Part shown: one piece after another, positions 39,655 to 51,482 of the stretch
How positions within the stretch are numbered: the first letter of the stretch is position 1
Layout: each line of letters begins with the position of its first letter
Assembly: GCA_009691715.1 (NCBI GenBank)
Contig: SIAN01000023.1
Coordinates: 3,059 to 67,058, forward strand
Direction of reading: 5' to 3'
DNA: 64,000 nucleotides
Source: Planctomycetota bacterium
GTDB lineage: Bacteria; Planctomycetota; B15-G4; SIAN01
Notes under the pieces: generated by a model
Told to the model about the DNA's origin: nothing
Databases searched by the model: none
The model's input: the letters and a program-made list of their open reading frames with translations, nothing else
Translations under genes and position numbers: made by a program

Positions 39655-40072
39655 ACTTCAGGAGCTCCTCGGGCTTGAAGAACAGCTCGATCTCGTGCGC
39701 CGCCGACTCGGGGCTGTCCGAGCCGTGCACGAGGTTCATGCCCTTGCTGGCGGTGAAGTCGCCGCGGATGGTGCCCGGCTCGGCCTTGTAGCCGAACGTG
39801 GCGCCCATCAGCTTGCGCGACGCTTCGATGCAGAACGGTCCCTCGAAACAGAGCACCAGCACCGGGCCCCTCGTCATGTACTCGACGAGGCCGGGATAGA
39901 AGGGCTTGGCCTGGTGCGGCTCGTAGTGCTTCTCGACCAGGGCGCGCGGCAGGACCTGCAACTTGGTGCCGACGACCTTCAGCCCCTTCTCCTCGAAACG
40001 GGTCAGGATGCGTCCCATCAGGCCGCGCTGCACGGCGTCCGGCTTCAGGATGATGAGGGTGCGTTCGATCAT
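39596..40072 (-). CDS. ndk: Nucleoside diphosphate kinase
   Basis: MIERTLIILKPDAVQRGLMGRILTRFEEKGLKVVG...TIRGDFTASKGMNLVHGSDSPESAAHEIELFF. The ORF-track upstream extension (to 40648) is non-coding read-through. Confidence 0.95.
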   Translation of the reverse strand: MIERTLIILKPDAVQRGLMGRILTRFEEKGLKVVGTKLQVLPRALVEKHYEPHQAKPFYPGLVEYMTRGPVLVLCFEGPFCIEASRKLMGATFGYKAEPGTIRGDFTASKGMNLVHGSDSPESAAHEIELFFKPEELLKYELQNSPWMCSDEDRKSAS

Positions 40073-40228
40073 CGCGCTGGCTCTCTGCTCTTGAGTTCGT
40101 GGGAGATCGGGGCGTCGGAAGGGGCCGGGAGCATAGCGACGTGGGTAGCATCGCGCCCCGCGGCCGGCAACCCCTGCCCCGGGGCAGCACGCCACCTCGC
40201 GGCAACGCCGTTTCAAGGAGCACGCACG

Positions 40229-40687
40229 ATGTGCAATGCCGCCCATTGGCTCGCGCTGGCGCTGGTCAGCGCCGCCGGCTGCGTGCAACTCGAACCCGGC
40301 GGCGACGTGCGCGAGGAGGGGCTGCCAGAGCCGGACGTCTTCGACGTGATCCGCGCGTCCAACTCGAAAGCGGCGGTCGACCAGTTGCGTGACCGCCACT
40401 TCCGCGAACTCGAGCATGCGCGCCTGCTCGAAGCGCGCATCGGTGAGCTGATCGCCGCCGAAGAGGGGCTCGCCGCGGAGCACCAAGAGCGGCTGCGTTC
40501 GCTCCAGCAGATCCAGGATCAGCTGCGCAAGCTCGCGGAGGAGCAGGCGGTCACGGCGCGTGCGCTCGAGGTCGCTCGCCAATCCAATGCCGAGCTCGAG
40601 AAGGCGCTGCAGGAAGCGCAGGCGAAGCGTGCCGAGATCGAGGCGCAAGCTGCGACGGCGGGAGCTGGCAAGCCCGGCGGCGGCTGA
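40229..40687 (+). CDS. Coiled-coil lipoprotein
   Basis: AAGGAG RBS at 40215-40220. Lipobox LALALVSAAGC. Remainder is a heptad-rich helix. Confidence 0.6.
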   Translation: MCNAAHWLALALVSAAGCVQLEPGGDVREEGLPEPDVFDVIRASNSKAAVDQLRDRHFRELEHARLLEARIGELIAAEEGLAAEHQERLRSLQQIQDQLRKLAEEQAVTARALEVARQSNAELEKALQEAQAKRAEIEAQAATAGAGKPGGG

Positions 40688-40711
40688 TCCCCGTCGGCAG
40701 AGCCCGTTCTT

Positions 40712-41182
40712 TCAGCGATCGTCGATCGGGAGCGCCGCCGGCTCTTCGCCGACGCGCAGCGCAGCGAAGACCTTCGACAGCGCGGCGGACTGCAGCGCGA
40801 TGTTGTGCGAGCCGGGGATCAGCTGCACCTGCATGTGGCAGTCGGCGCGGTCGACCGCGACGATCTGGTAGGTGCGGCGCGTGCCGTCGCGGCAGACGAT
40901 CTCGACCCCGTTCCAGTCGCCGTGCTGGCCGAGCACGTCCTTGAAGCCCGACAACCGCTTGCTGTCGCCGCCCGCACCCTCCGCGCAGGCGAACGCGTTC
41001 ATCCGCGTGACCGAGTTCTCGAGCAGCTTCTTGGCCGACACGCGGTTCTCCCCGCTCGGGAAGACACGCACGATGATGGTCGAGCGCAGGTCCTCGATCA
41101 GTTGCAGACGCAGGCGCAGCACGTGGTCGCCGAGCAGCGGCGTCGCGGCGAGATCGGCGGGGATCACCACCTCGATCGGCAC
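40712..41182 (-). CDS. Hypothetical protein; start unresolved
   Basis: Coding-like frame ...GKTLKDGIFRPESVPIEVVIPADL...QIVAVDRADCHMQVQLIPG...PIDDR*. The coding signal extends upstream to the stop of the preceding gene (41217) with no canonical start. GTG 41182 is the first candidate. It may be a frameshifted continuation of 41217-42215. Confidence 0.4.
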   Translation of the reverse strand: MPIEVVIPADLAATPLLGDHVLRLRLQLIEDLRSTIIVRVFPSGENRVSAKKLLENSVTRMNAFACAEGAGGDSKRLSGFKDVLGQHGDWNGVEIVCRDGTRRTYQIVAVDRADCHMQVQLIPGSHNIALQSAALSKVFAALRVGEEPAALPIDDR

Positions 41183-41216
41183 CGACTCAGGCCGGAAGAT
41201 CCCGTCCTTCAGCGTC

Positions 41217-42215
41217 TTACCAGCGTGGATTGGCCTCGACCAATGCCGCGTGGTAAGGGCGGCCGGGCGTGAGGTAGATCGCGCGCTGGTGATTGAGGCG
41301 TAGCGGCGCAGCCGAGGCATCGGTAGCCGTCGGGGAGGGGTCGGCTGGAAACTCGACCTCGGCGTACATCGCCTGCACGAAAGCGGGCGGAGCTTTCTCG
41401 AACGGCATCGGCGTCTGCAGGAACTCCGACGAAGGCATCGAGATGTCGCTGTAGAGCAATTCACCGAGCGACTGGTCGATGGTCGGGTCGTAGAGCATCA
41501 ACTCGAGCACGGCGTCGTCGGCGGGATCGAGGAGGAGCAGCTTGTCGAGCGCGGCGCCGGGTGGCGCGCGCGGTACGGCGACGAACGGCTCCGGCAGCTT
41601 GAGCGAGAAATGGAGCTCGGCGGTGGCGTCGTAGATGCGCCGCGAGCGGTCGATGAGCGCCGCCTTCGCCGCATCGTGCTCGTAGATCGCGGCGATCTTC
41701 AGCGTCGAGCCGCCAAGCTTCGCCGCGATCGGCTTCAGGACGACCGTCTCGCAGGTCTGCTCACGGATCGCGCTGCCATCGCAGCATTGCACGGCGTCGA
41801 TCGTGCGCCGAACGTCGACGACGAAGCAGTCCCCGACTCGCTCCGCCCGCTCGACCTCGGCGCCGAACGTGACTTCGCGGTGGGTCTCGAGGAATCCGTC
41901 GAACCGCTCGATCAGTTCGGCCGCCGTCTTCACCCCGAAGTCGGGAGCCTCGAAGTCCGGAGTGAATGCGGCGATCGCCTCCGCCAGCGCTGACGCGCGC
42001 AGCTCCTCGGTCGGGTTCTCGACCGCCGCCGTCGCGCGGGCGAGGATGCGACGATCCGTCTCGTGCAGCAGATCGCGGATGCGATCGACTTCCGGCGCGG
42101 TGGCGACGCGGCGGCTCGGGGCGCCGCCTTGCGGCTCCGGATCGAAGGCAGACCGCGCCAACTCGGGGGTGCGACAGCATGCGAGGGTCAGGAAGAGCAA
42201 CAGCTCGATCGCCAT
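41217..42215 (-). CDS. Lipoprotein of unknown function in the ECF operon
   Basis: MAIELLLFLTLAC lipobox at ATG 42215, 2 nt after the stop of the anti-sigma reading frame. 332 aa. Confidence 0.6.
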   Translation of the reverse strand: MAIELLLFLTLACCRTPELARSAFDPEPQGGAPSRRVATAPEVDRIRDLLHETDRRILARATAAVENPTEELRASALAEAIAAFTPDFEAPDFGVKTAAELIERFDGFLETHREVTFGAEVERAERVGDCFVVDVRRTIDAVQCCDGSAIREQTCETVVLKPIAAKLGGSTLKIAAIYEHDAAKAALIDRSRRIYDATAELHFSLKLPEPFVAVPRAPPGAALDKLLLLDPADDAVLELMLYDPTIDQSLGELLYSDISMPSSEFLQTPMPFEKAPPAFVQAMYAEVEFPADPSPTATDASAAPLRLNHQRAIYLTPGRPYHAALVEANPRW

Positions 42216-42217
42216 CG

Positions 42218-42824
42218 TCACTCCCCGCGGTCGGGCGCGGTGCCCGCGGATTCGGCCCGCTTCCCGCGTTGCGCCGCGCGGTAGGAACCGTCGCGCGTGG
42301 GGCGCACGTCGTCGGAGAAGCTGCCAGTCGGGTCGCTGCGCAGGCCAGGTTCGAAGTTGGCTGGCGCGATCGGGATCGAAGGTTGGCGAGCCGGATCGGC
42401 CGCGCCGCTCTGCATGACGGACGGCAGCGCGGTCGGTCGACCGCGTGACTGCCACAGGCCAAACGCGAGCAAGGTGACCGACAGTCAGTACCAACGCGGC
42501 TGCCGCTCGCGGAACGTGGATCGGCCGGAACGCCCATTCGAGCAGTTGGCGACGGCGACGGGCAGCCCTCGTCTCCTGTTCGAGCCGGCGAATCAGTTGA
42601 TCGGCGAAAGTCTCAGAGGGGTCGGGTGCCTGCCAGGCGATCCACACGCTTTGCGAATGGCGCGCCTCCTCGAGATGGTCGGTGCACTCAATGCAGCGCG
42701 CCAGATGGCGTTCGATGCGCGCCGCGAGCCACGGTTCGAGGTCGCCGCCGATCAGGTGGTGGAGCGAACCGGTCGTCTCGGCGCAGTTCGCGATCGGACC
42801 GTCGCCCTGGACGCCGGCGAGCAC
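42218..42824 (-). pseudogene. zf-HC2 anti-sigma factor (copy 2) with a frame disruption inside its TM segment (about 42470)
   Basis: (M)LAGVQGDGPIANCAETTGSLHHLIGGDLEPWLAARIERHLARCIECTDHL (H-x3-C-x2-C). TM AAAALVLTVGH, then the coding signal moves to the other frame: LLAFGLWQSRGRPTALPSVMQ...DRGE*, stop 42218-42220. Confidence 0.6.
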
Positions 42825-42845
42825 GCCCTCGAAGAAACTGCGGTC

Positions 42846-43043
42846 ATCGCGTCCGGCGAGCGGCGCGGGGGTGCCAGCAGAGCAGCAGATCGTCGAGACG
42901 ATCGACCTCGAGCAGCACTGCCTCGCAGCGCTCGCAGAGGTTGGCGTGGTCGTCGAACGCAGCGCGCGCGGCGGCCCGCAGTTCGTGCCGGAAGTGGAGT
43001 TCCTAGCGGAAGGCGTCGCAGTCCATCGGTCGTTGCACGCTCA
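42846..43043 (-). pseudogene. Small zf-HC2 protein (copy 1) with an in-frame TAG at codon 14
   Basis: MSVQRPMDCDAFR-TAG(43003-43005)-ELHFRHELRAAARAAFDDHANLCERCEAVLLEV.... ATGA overlap with the sigma factor stop. Confidence 0.55.
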
Positions 43044-43630
43044 TGACTGCTCTCCATCGAGATCGAGCAGGAGATGGCGCAGACGGAACCGGAGCGCCTC
43101 CTTCGCGCGATGAATTCGCGACTTGATCGTTCCCTCGGAAAGCAGGAGATCTCGGCGATCTCCGCATAGGCGAGCCCTTCGTATTCGCGCAGCACGAACG
43201 CGAGCTTCTGCTCGCGCGGCAACAGGTCGACGGCGCGCGCGATCGAGTGCTGGATCTCCCGCGCCGACAGTTCGTCGCCGGGCGTGCGCGTCGGCGCGAT
43301 GATCGGCAGCGTTCCGCCGTCGGCCCCACCGTTGAGCGAGACGGTCGGCAAGCGGCGGCGCTTCAGAACGTCGAAGCAGTAGTTCTTCACGAAGGTGAAG
43401 ACCCAGCTCGACAAGCGAGTGCCGCGTTGCGAGTCGAACTGCGGTAGCGCGCAAAACAGCTTGATGAAAATGTCCTGGGTGATGTCCTCGACGTCGGCGG
43501 CGAAGCGGGTGCCCACCAGTCGCCAGACGGTGTGGTGGATCGGCCGCTCGTAGGTGTCGACGAAGGCGCGATAGGCGCCGAGATCGCCGCCGCGCGCCAG
43601 CTCGAGCGTTTGCAGGTCGAGGTCTTCCAT
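43041..43630 (-). pseudogene. ECF-type sigma-70 factor with a 1-nt frame disruption near 43148
   Basis: Regions 2 and 4: AYRAFVDTYERPIHHTVWRLVG...EDITQDIFIKLF...SWVFTFVKNYCFDVLKRRR...LPREQKLAFVLREYEGLAYAEIAEI. The helix-turn-helix continues only in the -1 frame: LLLSEGTIKSRIHRAKEALRFRL...GEQS*. Confidence 0.7.
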
Positions 43631-43855
43631 CGGGCCCCAGTCGCGCGCGTGGCCTCGGAGGGCACCCGCGGCGTCACCCCGTAAGAGAGGCGCGCGTGTT
43701 CGTTCCGCCAGTTTTCCGGGCGACCACCCCGTTGGGAACGGCCGGCTGCCCGAAACTCCTTCGGTTGGCCCTAGCCGCGGGCACCGCTATCGTCCCGCGT
43801 TCCTTTTCTGGAAGGGATTTCGGGGGCGAGCGAGAGGGGGACGAGCGAGACGCAG

Positions 43856-44137
43856 TTGGGCGACCGAAGAGCTGTTCGGACTCTGGCACAAGGGTTCGCC
43901 GTGGCCAGCGGCCTCGGGGTCGTCTTCGCCGCGGCGGTGGCGGTCGGGGTGTTCGGCGGCATGGCGATCGACCGGGCGTGCGGCTGGCGACCGATCGTCT
44001 GCACGATCCTGTTCGGCATCGTCGGTGGCGCGGCCGGCTTCAGGATCGTGCTCACGACATTGGCGGCACTCGAGCGATCGCGGCCTCCGGCTGCTCCTCC
44101 GAAAGTGGGTTCGCCGCCGGATGAGAGGTCGGGATGA
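43856..44137 (+). CDS. AtpZ/AtpR-like small membrane protein preceding the ATP synthase operon
   Basis: Two hydrophobic helices (GLGVVFAAAVAVGVFGGMAID, IVCTILFGIVGGAAGF). TTG start. Positioned at the head of the atp operon. Confidence 0.55.
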   Translation: MGDRRAVRTLAQGFAVASGLGVVFAAAVAVGVFGGMAIDRACGWRPIVCTILFGIVGGAAGFRIVLTTLAALERSRPPAAPPKVGSPPDERSG

Positions 44138-44427
44138 CGGTGGTCTTGCAGGTGATCGCAGTTGCGGTGGGAACGGTGGCGCTTGTTCTTGGCAGCGCTC
44201 CGCTGCTGGCGCGCGGATTGCGACTCGATGGCCTGAAAGCGCAGCTCGCAGCGATGGCTGTGCGACTTTTCCTAGCGGTCCTCGTGGCGCTCGGTCTCGG
44301 ACTGAGTCGGCTCGAGCATCGCATTGCGTTGGTTTTCACGGTAGGTGCGGCTTACTTCGCGGCGACGTTGGTCGACGGGGTACGCCACTTCCGCCGGCGC
44401 GAGTTGAAGCGGGAGCTTGAAGGGTGA
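44134..44427 (+). CDS. atpI: ATP synthase protein I-like membrane protein
   Basis: 97-aa hydrophobic ORF overlapping both neighbours by 4 nt, directly upstream of atpB. Confidence 0.55.
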   Translation: MTVVLQVIAVAVGTVALVLGSAPLLARGLRLDGLKAQLAAMAVRLFLAVLVALGLGLSRLEHRIALVFTVGAAYFAATLVDGVRHFRRRELKRELEG

Positions 44428-45389
44428 TGCAGCTGGCGGCGATGCAACTGGCGATCTCGCTGTGGACCGATGCCTTCGCCTGCGGCCTCACCGCCATGCA
44501 GCACGCGGCCGCCATGCAGCACGCGGCCGGCAGCCCCGAGGCGGCGACCGCGAAGTTGCCGCCGGCCGAGATGATGAGCGAGGTCTACGGCCACCTCTTC
44601 GCCCACCCCTACACGCATGCGCCATACGCGCAGCTCGGGCCGATCCAGTTCCACTTCACCAACCACAATCTGGCTCTGCTGCTGGCGGCCGCGATCGTGC
44701 TGGTTGCGTTCGGCTGGCTCGCCCGCAGGCGCAGGAAGGATCCGATCGCGCGCGGGCCGCTGCAGAACTGCCTCGAGGCGCTGGTCGTGTTCGTGAAGAA
44801 CGACATGGTCTACGCCAGCATGGGCGAGCACCACGGGCGGCGCTTCCTGCCGCTCTTCCTGACCCAGTTCTTCTGCATCCTGTTCATGAACCTGTTCGGC
44901 ATCCTGCCGAACTTCGATTTCTTCCGTTCGATGTACTTCCCGACCACCGCGACAGCCAACATCTGGGTCACGGCCGGACTCGCCCTCACCACCTTCACCG
45001 CGATCCTCTACGGCGCGATCAAGGAGCAGGGCTTCAAGCACTTCGTGGTCGGACTCGCCCCGCCGATCCACCTCGGCGACGCCCCGGCGATGAAGGCGAT
45101 GCGGGTGGCGATCCTCTGCATCATGTATCCGATCGAGGTGCTCGGCCTGCTGATCAAGCCGATCGCGCTCACCATTCGTCTGTTCGCGAACATGGTGGGC
45201 GGCCACTTGGCGATGTTGACGGTCTACGGGCTGATCTACCTGTTCCAGAGCTACGCGATTGGTGCGGTCGGCGTCGGGTTCAACGTCTTCCTGACGTTCC
45301 TGGAGTTGCTGGTCGCGTTCCTGCAGGCCTACATCTTCACTTACCTTTCGATTCTTTTCGTCGGCGCCGCGGTCCATCCGGAGCACTGA
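44424..45389 (+). CDS. atpB: F0 ATP synthase subunit a
   Basis: ...IKPIALTIRLFANMVGGHLAM...LELLVAFLQAYIFTYLSILFVG (essential Arg in LTIRLFANM). N-terminal extension contains the MQHAAA duplication. Confidence 0.93.
   Translation: MMQLAAMQLAISLWTDAFACGLTAMQHAAAMQHAAGSPEAATAKLPPAEMMSEVYGHLFAHPYTHAPYAQLGPIQFHFTNHNLALLLAAAIVLVAFGWLARRRRKDPIARGPLQNCLEALVVFVKNDMVYASMGEHHGRRFLPLFLTQFFCILFMNLFGILPNFDFFRSMYFPTTATANIWVTAGLALTTFTAILYGAIKEQGFKHFVVGLAPPIHLGDAPAMKAMRVAILCIMYPIEVLGLLIKPIALTIRLFANMVGGHLAMLTVYGLIYLFQSYAIGAVGVGFNVFLTFLELLVAFLQAYIFTYLSILFVGAAVHPEH
44493..44528. repeat. Perfect 2x18-bp in-frame tandem duplication (AMQHAA x2) in the atpB N-terminal extension
   Basis: gccatgcagcacgcggcc twice. 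Confidence 0.95.
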
Positions 45390-45480
45390 TCGGAACGCGG
45401 CGCGGGCGCAGTTCGCTGGACTAGGTTTTTCACGGGATTGGCAGCTCCGCAAGGAGCGCTCTGAATCGGAGAACTCTGCG

Positions 45481-45771
45481 ATGGATCTGCTCGTTTCGCT
45501 GATGACGCTCGTGGCCGAGAAGACCGACCCCGACACCTGGACGAGGTACGACTTCGGACTGAACAAGGCGATGGCGGCGCTCGGCGCCGGCCTCTGCATC
45601 ATCGGCGGCGGCTTCGGCATCGGCCGGCTCGCAGCGTCGGCGATGGAGAGCATCTCGCGTCAGCCGGAAGCTGCGGGCGACATCCGCGGCGGAATGATCC
45701 TGGCGGCGGCGCTCATCGAAGGCGTCACGCTGCTCGCGATCATCACCTGCATCCTTGCCATCGTCCTCTGA
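45481..45771 (+). CDS. atpE: F0 ATP synthase subunit c
   Basis: GAGLCIIGGGFGIGRLAASAMESISRQPEAAGDIRGGMILAAALIEGVTLLAIITCILAI (GxGxGxG and carboxylate Glu). The about 30-aa N-terminal extension may reflect an earlier-than-real start. Confidence 0.9.
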   Translation: MDLLVSLMTLVAEKTDPDTWTRYDFGLNKAMAALGAGLCIIGGGFGIGRLAASAMESISRQPEAAGDIRGGMILAAALIEGVTLLAIITCILAIVL

Positions 45772-45882
45772 TCGACCGCGTTGCGGGCACCTCGCCGTGA
45801 AGCGCGGCGCCCGCGACCGTGGTTCCTTCGACCGATCGCAGCGTGGGATCCGCCGTGCGTGGCGGCTCCGCGGAGCACTGGC

Positions 45883-46407
45883 ATGATCGCGAGTTCGTTT
45901 GCACTTCTCATCGACTGGCACCCGCTCAAGTTCGACCCCGGGACGCTGTTCTGGACCTGGGCCGTCTTCGGGGTGGTCGTCTTCGTTATCTCGAAGTTCG
46001 CGTGGAAGCCGCTGATCGCGGCGCTCGAGGCGCGGGAGAAGAAGATCGAGGACGGGATCCTGAAGGCCGAGCGCGCCGAAGCTGAGGCGAAGCGGGCCGC
46101 AGCGGAGACCGAGGCCAAGCTGCGGGAGGCCTTCGTCAAGGCCGACCAGATCGTCGAGGAGACCCGTGCCCGCGGCGAAAAGCTCGCCAAAGAGCTCGAA
46201 TCGGAGGCGCGCTCCGCCGCCGACAAGGTGCTGCAGCGGGCGCGCGAGGAGATCACGCTCGCGAAGCAGCAGGCGGTCGAGGAGATGCGCGTGCTGGCGG
46301 TCGACCTCGCCTTGGAGGCGGCTTCGAGCGTGGTGGGTCGCGCCATGAACCAGGACGACCACCGTCGACTGGCCGGTGCCGCGATCGACCAGATGAAGCG
46401 CGGGTGA
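45883..46407 (+). CDS. atpF: F0 ATP synthase subunit b
   Basis: TLFWTWAVFGVVVFVISKFAWKPLIAALEAREKKIEDGI, then a long charged helix. Confidence 0.88.
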   Translation: MIASSFALLIDWHPLKFDPGTLFWTWAVFGVVVFVISKFAWKPLIAALEAREKKIEDGILKAERAEAEAKRAAAETEAKLREAFVKADQIVEETRARGEKLAKELESEARSAADKVLQRAREEITLAKQQAVEEMRVLAVDLALEAASSVVGRAMNQDDHRRLAGAAIDQMKRG

Positions 46408-46414
46408 ACCGACC

Positions 46415-46969
46415 GTGACGGAACGCACCATCGCCCGCCGTTACATCCGCGCGCTGTTCGGGCTCGCGCTCGAGCAGGGGGACGTCGGCAATGTGCTGCG
46501 CGACCTCGAGCGGCTGTCCGCGAAGCTGGCGCAGGAGCCGGCGGCGCTCGCAGCGCTGCTCGACCCGCGCACCGGCAGGATCGCAAAACAGGCGCTGCTC
46601 GAGCGGTTGCTGGCCGACGCCACGCGGCCGCTGACCCGCGACTTCGCCGCGTTCCTGGTCGATCGCGGGCGCGAGCGGATCCTCCTGATCGCGGTCGAAG
46701 AGTTGGCCGCGATGGGGAACGAGCATCGCGGGGCGGCAGTCGCCGAGGTGGTTTCGGCGGCGCCACTCGATGCCGACGCGCGCGCGGCGCTGGTGGCGCG
46801 GCTCGCCGAGATGACGCATCTGACGATCACGCTGGACGAGAAAGTCGACGCTTCGCTCCTTGGTGGCATGCGCGTGAAGGTGGGTTCCATGCTGCTCGAC
46901 GCGTCGGCCAGCCGCCGACTCGCCGGGTTGCGCGACGATCTGCTGCGCGTGGCGCTGCCCTCTCGCTGA
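46415..46969 (+). CDS. atpH: F1 ATP synthase subunit delta (OSCP)
   Basis: IARRYIRALFGLALEQGD...LGGMRVKVGSMLLDASASRRL. GTG start. Position between atpF and atpA. Confidence 0.88.
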   Translation: MTERTIARRYIRALFGLALEQGDVGNVLRDLERLSAKLAQEPAALAALLDPRTGRIAKQALLERLLADATRPLTRDFAAFLVDRGRERILLIAVEELAAMGNEHRGAAVAEVVSAAPLDADARAALVARLAEMTHLTITLDEKVDASLLGGMRVKVGSMLLDASASRRLAGLRDDLLRVALPSR

Positions 46970-46986
46970 CGGCCCTCTCGCTGACT
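46957..46986. repeat. 2x15-bp tandem duplication spanning the atpH stop codon
   Basis: gccctctcgctgac(g) gccctctcgctgac(t). The first copy carries the atpH TGA. Followed by gaccgact-type short repeats. Confidence 0.85.
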
Positions 46987-47062
46987 GCCCGCTTGCGGAA
47001 TTGCACGGACCGCTGGTTCGACTGACCGACTGACCGACCGACTGCTTCACAGGAAACTGCCG

Positions 47063-50988
<3,926 letters not shown>

Positions 50989-50995
50989 GCCGCCC

Positions 50996-51415
50996 ATGGC
51001 CTCCACCGCTTTCGACTTCGAGGTGATCACGCCCGAGGGATCAGCGTTCCGCGGCCGCGTCACTGCGCTGCGGCTCACCGGCCGCGAGGGCACGTTCGGC
51101 GTGCTGGCGCGCCACGCGCCGATGGTCGCCGCGCTTGATTCCGGCGTGCTGCGCGCCCGCCACGAGGACGGCAAGGAGCGCGCGTTCGCGGTGGGCGAAG
51201 GTTTCGTCGAAGTCCGTCGGACCGGCGTGCGCGTGCTCGTCGATTTCTGCAACTCGAAGAGCAAGATCGATGTGTCGCGCGCCGAGAAGGCGAAGACGCG
51301 GGCCAAGGAGCGCGCGCGCAACCGCGACTCGAAGTTCGACCATGCGCGCGCCGAGGCGGCGCTGAAGCGAGCGATGGCGCGACTGTCGACTGCGGGTCTG
51401 CCCGGCCTCGAGTGA
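50996..51415 (+). CDS. atpC: F1 ATP synthase subunit epsilon
   Basis: FDFEVITPEGSAFRGRVTALRLTGREGTFGVLARHAPMVAAL, directly after atpD. Confidence 0.93.
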   Translation: MASTAFDFEVITPEGSAFRGRVTALRLTGREGTFGVLARHAPMVAALDSGVLRARHEDGKERAFAVGEGFVEVRRTGVRVLVDFCNSKSKIDVSRAEKAKTRAKERARNRDSKFDHARAEAALKRAMARLSTAGLPGLE

Positions 51416-51482
51416 CGATCCGCGCGCGCGAGCGCGTTCTCGTGCGGCGCTATGCTCCCGCGCTTCCTGCTGGAGCGCGACG

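Noticed and set aside
41217-42824. Single 535-aa ORF from the track.
   Set aside because: It is a composite. The first part is a genuine zf-HC2 anti-sigma N-terminus. The middle is an Arg-rich out-of-frame run across about 250 nt, where the real coding signal is in another frame. The last part is a separate lipoprotein gene starting at ATG 42215 with its own lipobox.
43680-43710. ECF-type promoter (GGAAC-N16/17-TCTT/CGT) upstream of the sigma factor gene on the minus strand.
   Set aside because: A GGAAC box exists (complement of 43702-43706), but the -10 element is not convincing. Without a family-specific consensus the call would be guesswork.
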